A program made the position numbers and the translations under genes. A DNA stretch of 63,990 nt, filler included, from Trichomonas gallinae (lineage: Eukaryota), in the NCBI GenBank assembly GCA_008369845.1. It is 5 parts of 5 records of this genome, joined end to end, with 100 filler letters (N's around TTAATTAATTAA, not from the genome) between each part and the next. Parts side by side here need not be neighbours in the genome. Positions count along the whole stretch, not along the records: positions 61,659 to 63,990 come from MRSU01000368.1; 4 more parts are not named here. One strand, given 5' to 3'. Below the pieces are notes generated by a model. It was not told where the DNA came from, searched no databases, and saw nothing but the letters and a program-made list of their open reading frames with translations. The first letter of the stretch is position 1. Every line of letters starts with the position of its first letter. Positions 63,428 to 63,990 of this stretch are shown here, in pieces.

Positions 63428-63990
63428 TAATACAAACTATTTTTCTGCCGTCAGATTTCATTCGAAATATTTCAGACATACGATTATTTTCAATTCAATT
63501 TTCAATGAAATTCAAAATGAAAATAGCTTATAATAAGATATATAATCTTTTCGCGCATTTTTAACATTCTATCACGCCCGTATATATTTGACAATTTTTT
63601 CATTGAATCATAAAAAAGAATAAGAATAAGCTAAAAACAGACGAATATCATCACTACATCACTTACTTATTGCTATTATCATTGTCCGAATAAATTATTT
63701 ACGGAACTCAATTAATATGCGTCATAATTTGCTTAACCCTGCACTTTACATGTCAAAACATACCAGTTTTGATTCTGTCAGTTGGAGAATCATCATATGG
63801 AATCTAGAGGTTCCTCAAGTTAAATCTGGAAACAAATACTGTAAACATACTCAGCACACCCGAAAAGAGCATGAATGTATTCTCAGAATCGCTTAATAGA
63901 TGAGTTTTCTCAGTAAATATGACAAAACTCAAACTAGTCAACGAGAAAACAAAACAAAAACAAAAAAAAAAAAAAAAAAAAAAAAAAATT

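Noticed and set aside
63600..63990. Possible retroposed element ending in poly(A), or a minus-strand gene relic
   Set aside because: No target-site duplication or identifiable ORF; the A-run is at the window edge and A-runs are common here.

Overview
Gene-dense, AT-rich eukaryotic DNA with essentially intronless genes, most consistent with a trichomonad (Trichomonas sp.). The inference rests on Inr-type TCAYW and AAAGTGAC promoter motifs and on typical expanded families (GP63-like protease, R2R3 Myb, BEACH, transmembrane cyclase-like, ankyrin). The window is a pseudo-scaffold of five contigs joined by artificial 100-nt N44-TTAATTAATTAA-N44 linkers, so adjacency across those joins is unproven. 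About 30 protein genes are recognisable, including SRP54, RRP45, RPL38, a divergent H2B/H2A pair, a PAP2 phosphatase, an SMP-domain protein, a CHD-like/FYR protein, a GT61 glycosyltransferase, an MFS transporter and a GP63-like protease. There are also two truncated tRNA genes, Leu(AAG) and Lys(CTT). The most notable unannotated signals are: (1) a frameshifted gene resembling bacterial polymorphic-toxin immunity protein Imm51, a probable lateral transfer; (2) a hidden pseudogene at about 10.5-11.4 kb, paralogous to the 15.5-16.6 kb gene, with a 37-bp tandem amplification inside it; (3) out-of-frame start codons in two members of that family, possibly a 23-nt intron; (4) a recurring bipartite AGGG...AGG motif with exact 20-bp spacing in several promoters; (5) a stand-alone SNAP-25-like Qc SNARE; (6) an MFS gene whose apparent start is ATT; (7) an ATPase-degenerate CHD-like remodeler; (8) a 76-nt GC-rich fold-back element at a contig edge. 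All family calls come from motif recognition by eye, not database searches.
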